A stretch of 64,000 bases of DNA from NCBI RefSeq assembly GCF_009914755.1, contig NC_060926.1; one strand, given 5' to 3'. The notes below the pieces were generated by a model. That model worked only from the letters and a program-made list of their open reading frames with translations. It did not search any database and was not told the origin of the DNA. Position numbers and translations under genes: made by a program. Positions 52,350 through 64,000 of the stretch are shown here, one piece after another. Source of the DNA: the human T2T-CHM13v2.0 reference genome, Homo sapiens. Every line of letters begins with the position of its first letter. Within the stretch, counting starts at the first letter, position 1.

Positions 52350-54215
52350 GCAGGTCCGCAGGCACGCAGAGGGCTCCGCAGGTACGCAGGGGGCTCCACA
52401 GGCACGCAGGGGGTTCCGCAGGCACGCAGGGGGCTCCGCAGGCACAGGGGGCTCCGCAGGCACGCAGAGGGCTCCGCAGGCACAAAGGGGGCTCCGATGG
52501 CACGCCGGGGGTTCCGCTGGCACGCAGGGGTTCTGCAGGCACGCAGGGGGCTCCGCAGGCACGCAGGGGGCTCCGCTGGCACGCAGGGGGTTCCGCAGGC
52601 ACGCCGGGGGCTCCGCAGGCACGCCGGGGGTTCCGCTGGCACGCAGGGGGTTCCGCTGGCACGCCGGGGGTTCTGCAGGCACGCCGGGGGCTCCGCTGGC
52701 ACGCCGGGGGCTCCGCTGGCACGCAGGGGGTTCCGCAGGCACGCCGGGGGCTCCGCAGGCACGCAGGGGGCTCCGCTGGCACGCCGGGGGCTCCGCAGGC
52801 ACGCAGGGGGCTCCGCTGGCACGCCGGGTGTTCCGCTGGCACGCAGGGGGTTCCGCTGGCACGCCGGGGGTTCCGCTGGCACGCCGGGGGCTCCGCAGGC
52901 ACGCCGGGGGTTCCGCTGGCACGCAGGGGGTTCCGCAGGCACGCAGGGGGTTCTGCTGGCACGCAGGGGGTTCCGCAGGCACGCAGGGGGTTCCGCAGGC
53001 ACGCAGAGGGCTCCGCAGGCACGCAGGGGGCTCCGCAGGCACAGGGGGCTCCGCAGGCACGCAGGGGGTTCCGCTGGCACGCAGGGGGTTCCGCAGGCAC
53101 GCAGGGGGTTCCGCTGGCACGCAGGGGGCTCCGCAGGCACGCAGGGGGCTCCGCAGGCACAGGGGGCTCCGCAGGCACGCAGGGGGTTCCGCTGGCACGC
53201 AGGGGGTTCCGCTGGCACGCCGGGGGCTCCGCAGGCACGCCGGGGGTTCCGCTGGCACGCAGGGGGTTCCGCAGGCACGCAGGGGGTTCCGCTGGCACGC
53301 AGGGGGTTCCGCAGGCACGCAGGGGGTTCCGCAGGCACGCAGGGGGTTCCGCTGGCACGCCGGGGGTTCCGCTGGCACGCCGGGGGCTCCGCAGGCACGC
53401 CGGGGGCTCCGCTGGCACGCAGGGGGTTCCGCAGGCACGCAGGGGGTTCCGCAGGCACGCAGGGGGTTCCGCAGGCACGCAGGGGGTTCCGCAGGCACGC
53501 AGGGGGTTCCGCTGGCACGCAGGGGGCTCCGCAGGCACGCAGGGGGCTCCGCAGGCACGCAGGGGGCTCCGCAGGCACGCAGGGGGCTCCGCAGGCACGC
53601 AGGGGGTTCCGCAGGCACGCAGGGGGTTCCGCTGGCACGCAGGGGGCTCCGCAGGCACGCAGGGGGCTCCGCAGGCACAGGGGGCTCCGCAGGCACGCAG
53701 GGGGTTCCGCAGGCACGCAGGGGGTTCCGCAGGCACGCAGGGGGTTCCGCAGGCACGCAGGGGGTTCCGCAGGCACGCAGAGGGCTCCGATGGCACAAAG
53801 GGGGCTCCGATGGCACGCCGGGGGTTCCGCTGGCACGCAGGGGTTCCGCAGGCACGCAGGGGGCTCCGCAGGCACGCCGGGGGTTCCGCTGGCACGCAGG
53901 GGGCTCCGCTGGCACGCCGGGGGTTCCGCAGGCACGCCGGGGGCTCCGCAGGCACGCCGGGGGCTCCGCTGGCACGCAGGGGGTTCCGCAGGCACGCCGG
54001 GGGCTCCGCAGGCACGCCGGGGGCTCCGCTGGCACGCCGGGGGTTCCGCTGGCACGCAGGGGGCTCCGCAGGCACGCAGGGGGCTCCGCTGGCACGCCGG
54101 GGGCTCCGCAGGCACGCAGGGGGTTCCGCTGGCACGCAGGGGGCTCCGCAGGCACGCAGGGGGTTCCGCAGGCACGCAGGGGGCTCCGCTGGCACGCAGG
54201 GGGCTCTGCTGGCAC
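52350..54215 (+). repeat. Minisatellite, 20-bp GC-rich unit, ~93 copies
   Basis: Unit 'ggcacgc(a/c)ggggg(c/t)tccgc(a/t)' with occasional 18- and 19-bp variants. Confidence 0.98.
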
Positions 54216-55710
54216 AGCCACCAGAGATTGTCTTTTTCATGTTCCCAGTCATTTTGCTTCAGGTGCTCATTTTGAAGGTATTTAGGGAGCCGCAGTTGTC
54301 TTCTACGAGGCTGTGTTCTTCCATTTCATGGTATTCGTTAGTAAATAAAAGTTATAAATTTGTATGTAGCTGAATTGATTGGCATACTTTAACATTTATG
54401 CTTCTATAAATTATTTAAGATACTATGTTATTTTAGTTTTTAATGAAGATACTCATCATTTTCCCCCTAAATATTTTGAAAATTTACTTTTTATATTAGA
54501 TCTTTAATCCACCCAAAATACAGAATAGATGAACTGTCACAATTTAAAGAAAATACAACACACATAATAGAAAACTGGGCAAAAGATTAGGCAAGTTATA
54601 GAAGAGAAAAATGAATAGCTAGTACATTCATGAAAAGATTCCAGCCTCACTAACAATCAGTAACATGTGAATTTAAACCACAAGGAGATGACCCAGTGAT
54701 TAAGTGGCAAATGTTTATGCCTCACAGACAAAGTGATAGAGAATGCTGTCTTCTGCTGTCTTTGGGCATTGCCTCTGCCTGGGGGCTGTGCCCTCCACCT
54801 GTGGGTTTTGTGATTTATGGATTAAATCTGCCCGGTCTGTCCGTCTTCCACACTTCCCATCTTTAGAAACTTTTCATGCTCGTTTTCTAAGTCTTGGAGG
54901 ATTGTTTAGTTTTGTTTTCTGTTTAGTTATTGAATTAAGTGTCCATTGCCACAACATATGACTAATTTAACTTGTGAATCTGTGTTAAATATATGTGATT
55001 ACATATTCTGCTATTTTTCTTCCTTGCTCAGCCTTACAGAGAGGGAAGTCTGTGTTGTATATTGACTTCTAATCAAGTTATGGCCTCCATCAGAGATTAC
55101 AGAGGTAGGCATATATCCCTACATTTCAAATCAAGAGAAAAAATAAGCAACGATGGCTTCACCTGCAAATGCATGTTCTTTGTTCGGTGAACCAGGAGAC
55201 TGAGGGGCTGGGGTGACTCTCCTCCGGGCCCCTTTTCTTCTCTCTCTGGTGAGTACTGGGCTTGGGTCCAGTGCCTGAAAAACTGCCTCACTTGGGCCCA
55301 GCCTGCCCACATGTCCTGCCAGGTCTGGGACAAGCCCCCTCCGTCCCAGTGCTTTGTTCAGCATTTTGCCACCTTTTTGGTGCCTCTGCTTCCAGAGCCT
55401 GCAAACCCATTGTGGAAAGGAAAGCAGCGGGGTCGCCCGTGCCCCTCAGCCATGCCCAGCCCCAGCCTGTGGGTTTGGACAACCCTCCCGCCCGGGTCCT
55501 TCCACTGACTGACTAGGGGTGTAGAGACACTGCAGGAATCAGAACAGTGAGTTAGTCTCTTTGGTTTGGTTCCATCTCCACTGTGTCTAGAGAAATGTCA
55601 GGAAGGTTCATGCAGTGTCACGCCATGTCTCCTTTCACATGTGGCCTTTCTCCTGTGGCCCGTGCTAATCATTTCTGTGAAGCATTAGTGGACAGAGGGA
55701 AGTTACTGGG

Positions 55711-56116
55711 TGACATGGTTTGGATCTGTGTCCCCACCCAAATCTCACGTTGAATCGTAGTCCCTACTGTTGAGGCCTGGTGGGAGGTGGTGGGGCCATG
55801 GGGGTGGAGTTCTCATGAATGCTTTAGCACCACCTGCCTTGGTGCTGTAAAGTGAGTGAGTCCCCAAGAGATCTGGTTTTGAAAAGTGCGTGGCACCTCC
55901 CTTCTTGCTCTTCCTCCTGCTCCAGCCGTAAAAGGCAAGTCGGCTCCCACTTCGCCTTCTGCCATGATTGGAAGCTCGCTGAGGCCTCCCCAGAAGCAGA
56001 AGCCGCCATGCTTCCTGTACAGCCTGTGGAACTATGAGTCAATAAAACCTCTGTTCTTTAAATTACCCAGTCACCGGCATTTGTTTTTTAAAGCAATGTG
56101 AGAACAGACTAATAGA
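55711..56116 (+). mobile_element. MSTA-like MaLR solo LTR with 5-bp TSD
   Basis: 'tgacatggtttggatctgtgtccccacccaaatctca...gcttcctgtacagcctg...gaacagactaataga'; TSD 'ctggg' at 55706-55710 and 56117-56121. Confidence 0.92.
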
Positions 56117-58629
56117 CTGGGCTATATTCACTCATCCTCTAGGCAAGACATGTCTCCTAATCATCTAAGATTACATTTGGATTTTAATTCTATTCAGCAA
56201 AGGGTGTAGAAAGTGTTGTGCCAGGTGCCGGTAAAGACAGGAAAATAACTGAGCCACACAGGTGCTCTTGGGCAGAAAGCAGCACTGCATGGGTCAGACC
56301 TGCCGGCTCCCTGCCGCCCTTTAGTCAGTGGCTCCAGCCCTGCCCCGGTTTGCAGGGCCTCCACCCCACTGAGGAGGGCCTGCCAGGGGCACAGCAGAGC
56401 AAGGTCAGCAGCCACCAGTAACGGTGGACAGGAAGACGTGGGCATGGGTGAGCCATGCTCATCTGAACGCCACTGAGTCAGGGAAAACAGCTGGTGGAAA
56501 GGAGAAGGACAGCATAATAGAGTAAAACACTGCAAATCGAACTTTGATGGAAGAACTCTAAATAGCAGGCGGTAAACAGAAATCTCTTTTATGAACGGGA
56601 CGTGGGCTGGTGGCAGAGACGGCAAATGGATGGTCCAGGCAAGCGCTGGTAAACAGGAAGCCACAGCCGCGCTGAGCGTGAGCTCGAAGGGCACACGGAA
56701 GCATCGCTGTCCCCCAATTTCTATTTTTTAAAATTTGAAGTAGAGCTGCTATAATAACCAGATCAAACTAGTGGACAAGAGAACATTTTGTTTCATTTTT
56801 GTGTGTGTAGTGAGTTCCTTTATTGCACACTGGATGATCTATAGGAGCAATGAATTCCATGATGAAAGAAGACTCAATAATCAAGCCATGCATTTTAGTT
56901 TTAATTGTTGTATTTTTTGCTTTTTTTTTTCACTGGAGAGAGGAAGTCTGGTTATCACAGCCTGGTTTGTGTGTTTCCCTGGCCACACACTTAAATACAA
57001 AGATCCAGAGCCCAGGCTCTTGTCTGGACCATGTAGGGGAAGAAATAAGACTCACTTGCATCCTGGGCTCAGGATCCTGCAGCCTGCGGGGTGACGAGAT
57101 GCACACAGGACCGTGCCCGCTCCAGGGGGACGTGACCCTGCAGGCAGGAGTGGGAGGGGTGCCGCAAAAGGGCCCTAAGCGGGCACCACTCCCAGCCATG
57201 GCCCATCCCTCCGAACGTGAGGGCACAGAGAAAAAAACACAGTACTCACCCCCTGGGAAACTGAAATTGTCAGATAAGCTACTATCTGAGTTTAACAGGA
57301 ATTTTCAGAAAATAAAATAGAGATGAAATGTAATTGTTAGTGGATCACACAGGCTTCATCTCATGAGAAACAACAGCTTCCTGTTTTTCTCTTAAATTCT
57401 CTGACCACCTAAAAGAACAGAGTGGGGCAGGACGTCCTCACACACACATCCTACGAGGACGGCTCCAGGAACCACAATGGGCGAGGAGGGCTCGGGCGGC
57501 CGCTGATTCTCATGACTCTGTGGGTCTCAATGCTCCATGAGAACGTAGCCCAGCTCATAAAAGTGACCGTAAGATCCGTCTCCTCACAGCGAAGACTGAA
57601 GCAGTGCCACCAACTGTCTATCTCTTGACTTCCTATTACTTGGGGAAAAAAAGTCTCCACATATTTAAGATGCTCCAAGTTGGGTCTTTTGTTCCACAAA
57701 GGTGAATTATTTGTAACTAATTCAAGAGGATAGAATCATTACATAAAAAGTAACCATTTTGAAATCTAAAAATATCAAACAATTTTTATAAGCATAACGT
57801 GAAGTAATCAGATAACCAAAGTCAGTACATTTGACTGCATAGATGTCAATTCACAAGCCCTGATCTGATGAAGGTCACCCATGCATGACGCTGGCTGGGG
57901 GCCGCACTGCCACACTACTCTGGGAGTATGAATCCATGTGGCCCTTTGCACGATCAAAAATCAATGTGCATGATCACCTGAGCTTGCTTACCTTCTCTTA
58001 CCCTACGTTTCCATTCCTAAATACACACCTGAGAAAAATTCTAGCACACTTTTGAAATGAAAAATATAAATAAAAAGAATTGCTTTTAGAAGTATAATTT
58101 GTAATGATTTATACCGGTGAAAGATATCGGGACATCTCAGGATATAAAAAGAGAATATATAAATATTTTAAATACATTTACACAGTATAGTAGTATGCAT
58201 TAGTGAAAAAGAATGGAGTATAGTTATTCATGACTTGGATAAATGTTAGAAACATAATATTGAGTGAAACGTTATCACTTAAGACTATATAAAATATAGT
58301 GTGTTTATAAAGTTCAAAAATGGCAACTTAAACAAAAATGAGTAATTATGGTATAAACAAGTCTAAGTCACATTCGAGAGGGGAGTCATTGTTGGGTTTG
58401 CTAAGCCTTAGGCTGAGGGGCATCTTTATCACCTTCCATGATTTTCATACAAACATTAAGACCCGATCATCATGCAATACATGAGGTCCCTAATTTAAAA
58501 GGTGTAAATGTGTTGTATTAGTATGGCGAGGCTAATGGAAGGCAGTATTCATTTTTTAATCTGCCTATTATTTTGGGGAGAAAGCCAAAAGAAAAACTAC
58601 CTTTTGAATATTAGTCCTTCTCGAACTTG

Positions 58630-58775
58630 AATCTTCTCGAATGTAGGAACCTCCTGAGTATTTTGTTAACATTTGGACTCTGGTTCAGCAGGTCTGGGTG
58701 GGCTCTGAGGTTCTGCACATCCAGCCAGCCTCCAGGAGATGTTCATGTGCCACACTTGGACTCACCAGACTGTGC
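58630..58775. mobile_element. MER5A-like hAT-Charlie fragment
   Basis: 'ctctggttcagcaggtctgggtgggctctgaggttctgcacat...ctccaggagatgttcatgtgccacactt'. Confidence 0.5.
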
Positions 58776-58829
58776 ATAGAAGCTCTTCAGAACGTGGAGA
58801 ATCCTAGCCCCTTCCCATGTGAGTATAAG

Positions 58830-59760
58830 GAACGGTGTTTAGTGAAAAGATAAAACTGGATCCATTCCTCACAGTGTATCCTAAGATAATTTCCAAATGG
58901 ATCATACTGAAATGCAGGAGATGAACCCCTATACAGAAACATATATCTATTATTTTATTCCCCATGACTCAAAATCCAGAGGCAATAGAGGAAATGTGGT
59001 AGGTTTCATTATATGGAAAAATATCTACATGGTAAAAAGCATAAGCTAATGATAAATGGAAAATATTGACTGACAAGTTATATCACACACGAAGGGTTGG
59101 CAGTCCATCTACATTAAGAACTTCTAAAACCACAGAACAGAAAGACCAATAAGCATATAAAAATACATTAAGTATATGAACAGACTGTTCATAGATAAAG
59201 AAATGCTTTTTTAAAAATACTGAACTTCATTCATTACAAGAAAAACACCAATTAAAACTAAACTAAAATAAAAGCATTTCTTTAAAAAAGTAGCCTCTTC
59301 TGTTGACTATAAGACAGGGCGTTCTTTTACAAGCTGGTGGGAATGCAAAATGCTAAACTGGTGTGAGTGGGAAGTTTTGCAATATCTGGCGAAATATTAT
59401 ATCATTTTTCTCTAGAAAAAGCAATCCTACCTCCAGGGATTTAGCCTTCTGAGCACAAATACTAGAAGACGTATGGGGCTCAATTTGCAATAGAATTGCA
59501 AGTAAGCAAGCTAGAAAACAGCCCGGCTGTCCCAGGCTCTGTCCTGGGTGTGAGATTGAAGAGGAAGCGATATGGCATTTTCACACAACATAAAAATATG
59601 CAGTTACAAAAATGAGTGAGAAATATCTCTAGCATATGTTAAGGGAAAAAGCAAGGTGAAGAAAAGCATGTAAAGTATTGGAAACATTTGTCCATGAAAA
59701 TAAGAAATATACATGCTTATTTGCTTATATTAGAAAACATGAAATGATAAGTTGCACACA
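58830..59760 (+). mobile_element. Old L1 (L1MC/L1ME-like) 3' fragments
   Basis: 'aaagataaaactggatccattcctcaca...ttccaaatggatca', 'tatgaacagactgttcatag', 'gctggtgggaatgcaaaat', 'gcaatcctacctccagggattta'. Confidence 0.6.
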
Positions 59761-59866
59761 CTATTCCCTGGAACCCGTCACCCCGTTTTTACAGCTATGG
59801 ATCCATAGCTCCTCCAGCTTCACCCGTAATTCTCCGTTCATTTACTAGAGAAGAAATGTCAGGCAT

Positions 59867-60334
59867 TCTATCAATCTCCTAGGTCTGCGTGAGGAATCCC
59901 CGCAGACGAGGTGGCTAAAACAACAGAAATTCATTCCCCCTCAGTGCTGGTGGCCTGAAGTCTGAGATCAAGGTGTTGGCAGGGTTGGTTCCTTCCACAG
60001 GCTTTGAGTGAGAACCTGTTCCAGGCCCTGCCCAGCTCCTAGTGGCTGCCAGCCATCCTCGGAGCTCCCCAACTTGTAGACATGCCCTCCAGTCCCCACC
60101 TCAGCCTCCACACAGTGGGGCTCCCTGCATCCCCTGCACCTGAGTCCAAATTCCCTGTTTTTATCACATACAACTGGAGAGTCATGCTGGAATTAAGGCC
60201 CACCCTGACCCAGAGGACCTCATCTGAACTTTATTACACCTGCAAAGCCTATTTCTAAATACATTCACATTCACAGGTAACGGAGGTAGGTCTTCAATAT
60301 ATCTTTTTGGGGAACACAATTGTACCCACTCCAG
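59867..60334 (-). mobile_element. MaLR solo LTR (MLT1C-like)
   Basis: 'ggtggctaaaacaacagaaatt...gaagtctgagatcaaggtgttggcagggttggttcctt...ggcccaccct...tctttttggggaacacaatt'. Confidence 0.8.
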
Positions 60335-60375
60335 ACATCACGTTATTTCATCTGTACTTTTGTATATAGTTTAAT

Positions 60376-60453
60376 TCTTTCTTTTTTTTCTTGGTAGAGA
60401 TAAGGTCTTGAACTCCTGGCCTCAAGTGATCTTACCACCTTGGCCCCTCAAAG
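60376..60453 (-). mobile_element. Alu left-arm (FLAM-like) fragment
   Basis: 'ttttcttggtagagataaggtcttgaactcctggcctcaagtgatcttaccaccttggcccctcaaa'. Confidence 0.7.
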
Positions 60454-61323
60454 GAGGGACTGCAGAAGCATTTAGCAATAGTTAATTGTTTAATAATTGT
60501 TGTTATTTGTTACTGTAGTATTATCATGTATCAGTAGCAAATTAAAAGTATACATTTTTTGAAGAATGTCATTCTTAATTTACTATTTTAAATTTACCAT
60601 GTTTTCTTGCTCCACAGATAAATTGGCAATTATTCTTTCCTTGGCCTTCTTAAAGGAATGCTTAACATCTGATTTTGTTTTCTAAAAATTATCTTGTGGT
60701 TATATTGATACCAAGAGTCATTCACGATTTTGCAAGTGTGTTGGTGGTTTGTTTGTTTGTTGTTTGTGGGTCCACAACCACATATTCCCTTCCTCCTTCG
60801 CTGCATCCTTGCTTCCTTTCTAAAGGCACAAACAATCGTTCTTGGACTAGGTTCACTTCTCTCATCTTTCCTGTTTCATGCTCAAGATTTCCTTAAAAAC
60901 AAAAGCACAGCGTGGCTTTACCATTTACGTTCTGTCTCTTTTCCAACGACCTCTTAACTCCCCTTTGTTCCTTCAGAGTTCCAGCAGCAGAGTTGGCTGG
61001 TCTGCTGCAGAAGCTGGGCCCCTCTCTCCTGGGCCCATATGGGATTCCTGCAGTGCTTGGCACCCATGGCCACTCACCTTTCTGCACCCTGCTCTACATC
61101 AAAGGCCATTTTCAGTTGATACTTACGAAAAGCTCAGTGATGATGATGATTTTCTTGAAATTATTTGTAAAGCAACAACTAATACTTGGAAAGTGATACA
61201 TTTCAATTTTGAAGACACTGAAATTCAGTAAACTTTATTCAAATGTTATTGCATGACTTCAATTTGCACTTTCCAAACAAAAATGTTACACCTAGCAGTT
61301 CATATATTTGACCATTTTTAATC

Positions 61324-61595
61324 CCTTCCTTCCTTCCTTTCTCTCTTTCTTTCTTTCTTCTTTCTTTCTTTTTCTCTTTCTTTCTTTTTCTTTCTTTCTT
61401 TCTTTCTTTTTCCTTTTTTCTTTATTCCTTTCTTCCTTTCCTTCCTCTCCTTCCTTTCCTTCCTTCCTTCCTTTCTTTCTTTCTCTTTCTTTCTTTCTTT
61501 CTTCTTCTTTCTCTTTCTCTTTCTTCTTTCTTTCTTTCTTCTTTCTTTCTCTCTCTCCTGCTCCTTCCTTCCTTCCTTTCTTTTTCTTTTTTTTC
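61324..61595 (+). repeat. Long (CTTT/CCTT)n polypyrimidine tract (expanded Alu tail)
   Basis: ~270 bp almost entirely C/T, abutting the antisense Alu at 61596. Confidence 0.93.
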
Positions 61596-61720
61596 TGAGA
61601 CAGGGTCTCACACTGTCACCCAGGCTAGAGTGCAGTAACACAATCATGGCTCACTGCAGCTTTGACTTCTGGACTCAGGTGACCCTCTGTCCTGCTCTCT
61701 CACCTCCCCATGTATCTGGG
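61596..61720 (-). mobile_element. AluJ right-arm fragment
   Basis: 'tgagacagggtctcacactgtcacccaggctagagtgcagtaacacaatcatggctcactgcagc'. Confidence 0.85.
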
Positions 61721-61753
61721 ACAGAGTGAGACTTTGTCTCAAAAAAAAAAAAA
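61716..61753 (+). mobile_element. Alu 3'-terminal fragment with poly-A, opposite orientation to its neighbour
   Basis: 'ctgggacagagtgagactttgtctcaaaaaaaaaaaaa'. Confidence 0.8.
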
Positions 61754-62894
61754 CTGCATGTTACAATATGTGAATTTGAATTTTACATATATTTTAAAAC
61801 TCAGTAGTAACCTCGACAGTTATTTTGAACTTATGCTAACAAAAGGCCTTTTTAGGAAGCAATACTTGTTTCCTGGCATTGTTTAAAAATTCTAGTACGT
61901 AAAGCAAAGAATCCCAGCTTTTTATTATTGTTTTTAAATGATTGACAGAGACACACCCCTTACTACTTGCATCTTGAGTGGGCTGCACCCACCACCAGCC
62001 CCCCGGTGGGTGATAAATCAGAGTGTTAATAGAAGGTGCAAGACTTCTCTATGAAAGAAAAACCTAGAGTTACAGATTATTTATTTCCTTATAACTTATT
62101 GGAAATAGTGGGTCAAAGTGTACAGACATTTTCTGTAAATTGACAGCTAGAACTACAGAACTTCTTTTCAAAAGTTGTATACTACTTTATAGAGCAACCA
62201 GTGTGCATTAAATGAGCGTACCTTCATCAACACAGTTTTAAATTTTGTTTTATTGATTCCACATCCTTTATTACTTTTTGATTCATTGTTAATACCATTT
62301 AACTTTATGGATAAATTGACATTTTTTTCCCTGTACCTGAGATTTAGGCAAGATCATTATTATTATTATTATTATTATTTTTTTTTTTTTTGGGAAAGGC
62401 ATGGAAAAGTTGCCTCACAACCTGGGTCATGCAGCTGGTTTCTTCATGCACATCCAATTTCACGACTTCTGCCTTAAGTCTCTGTGCACAAAGCTACTTG
62501 CACCACTGATAGTCTATTCTTAATTAGTGATCCATTTCCAATAGCAAAGTACAATTCTATTAATGGGTCGCCTTGGGACATTAATGTGATTTCTGCTCTG
62601 CCATTTCCTTCCTATTGTTCCTTCAGACCATTTAATATTTCATATTGGTAATTAGCAAATTCTTCTTATTTAGTGCTAATTTTAAACATTCCATCTATTT
62701 TTGTAAGACCCCTTTTCAGTAAATAAGATAACCATAATTTCTTCTAAATGTTCACTATATTTATTCCTTTTATAGACATGAGACTACTGTGTTGCTCTGA
62801 AGTCACATAGACTTCTTCTACTGTGTTTTTTTCTAAAGTGCTTGAGTTTTCCCAGTCAAGACTCAGCTCCACTGACCATCTGGCGTGTTCCACT

Positions 62895-64000
62895 GAGCTC
62901 CCATTGTGTGCATGGATAGAGCTCCCACTGTGTGCATGGATATGAGCTCCCACTGTGTGCGTGGACAGAGCTCCCACTGTGTGCGTGGACAGAGCTCCCA
63001 CTGTGTGCGAGGATAGAGCTCCCACTGTGTGCGTGGATAGAGCTCCCACTGTGTGCGTGGATATGAGCTCCCACTGTGTGCGTGGATAGAGCTCCCACCG
63101 TGTGCGTGGATAGAGCTCCCACCGTGTGCGTGGATATGAGCTCCCACCATGTGCGTGGATAGAGTTCCCACCGTGTGCGTGGATAGAGCTCCCACTGTGT
63201 GCGTGGATAGAGCTCCCACTGTGTGCATGGATAGAGTTCCCACTGTGTGCGTGGATAGAGCTCCCACTGTGTCCGTGGATATCAGCTCTCACTCTGTGCA
63301 TGGATATGAGCTCATACTCTGTGCATGGATATCATCAGCTCTGTGTGCATGGATATCAGTTCCCACTGCGTGCATGGATATGAGCTCCCACTGCGTGCAT
63401 GGATATGAGCTCCCACTGTGTGCATGGATAAAGCTCGCACTGTGTGCATGGATAGAGTTCCCACTGTGTGCATGGATAGAGTTCCCACTGTGTGCATGGG
63501 CAGAGCTCCCATTGTGTGCATGGATAGAGCTCCCACTGTTTGCATGGATATCAGCTCTCACTCTGTGGATGGATATGAGCTCCCACTGTGTCCATGGATA
63601 TCAGCTCCCATTATGTGCATGGATTTGAGCTTCCACTGTGTGCATGGATATGAGCTTGATTATGTAGGTATAAGCACATAATGAGCTTTCACTCTGTGCA
63701 TGGATATGAGCCCTTACTCTGTACATGGATATCATCAGCTCTGTGTGCGTGGATATGAGCTCCCACTGTGTGCATGGACATGAGCTCCCACTATGTGCAT
63801 GGATGTGAGCTCCCACTGTGTGCATGGATAGAGTTCCCACTGTGTGCATGGATATGAGCTCGACTGTGTGCATGGATGTGAGCTCCCACTGTGTGCATGG
63901 ATATGAGCTTCCACTGTGTGCATGGATGTGAGCTCCCACTGTGTGCATGGATGTGAGCTCCCACTGTGTGCATGGATGTGAGCTCCCACTGTGTGTGTAG
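62895..64000 (+). repeat. Minisatellite, 24/25-bp unit, >40 copies, reaches the window edge
   Basis: Unit 'gagctcccactgtgtgc(a/g)tggata(t)'. Confidence 0.97.

Noticed and set aside
52278-54373. Five overlapping ORFs of ~590-660 aa on both strands
   Set aside because: They are translations of a stop-free 20-bp GC-rich repeat; being open in nearly all frames indicates composition, not coding selection

Overview
Primate (very likely human) non-coding genomic DNA, either a large intron or intergenic sequence. It contains Alu, L1, L2, MIR, MaLR (THE1/MST/MLT1), ERV1-LTR and Tigger-family relics, plus an unusually dense set of GC-rich minisatellites, which is typical of distal or subtelomeric bands. 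I found no protein-coding exon, RNA gene or CRISPR-like system that I can support. The long ORFs in the track come from tandem repeats, low-complexity sequence or decayed transposons. The notable structure is architectural: (i) eight large minisatellite arrays plus many two-copy 'seed' duplications, some inside datable transposons; (ii) arrays with internal higher-order or variant codes (26>52>104>207 bp; a 20-mer with three binary sites; a polarised 54-mer carrying an E-box in nearly every unit); (iii) a ~360-bp direct repeat of non-transposon sequence bracketing ~1.6 kb; (iv) a two-LTR THE1 element; (v) a fold-back junction of two Alu 3' ends. Repeat subfamily names are recalled from consensus sequences by eye, not from a database search. 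The exact locus was not determined. I see no strong evidence for a novel biological system.
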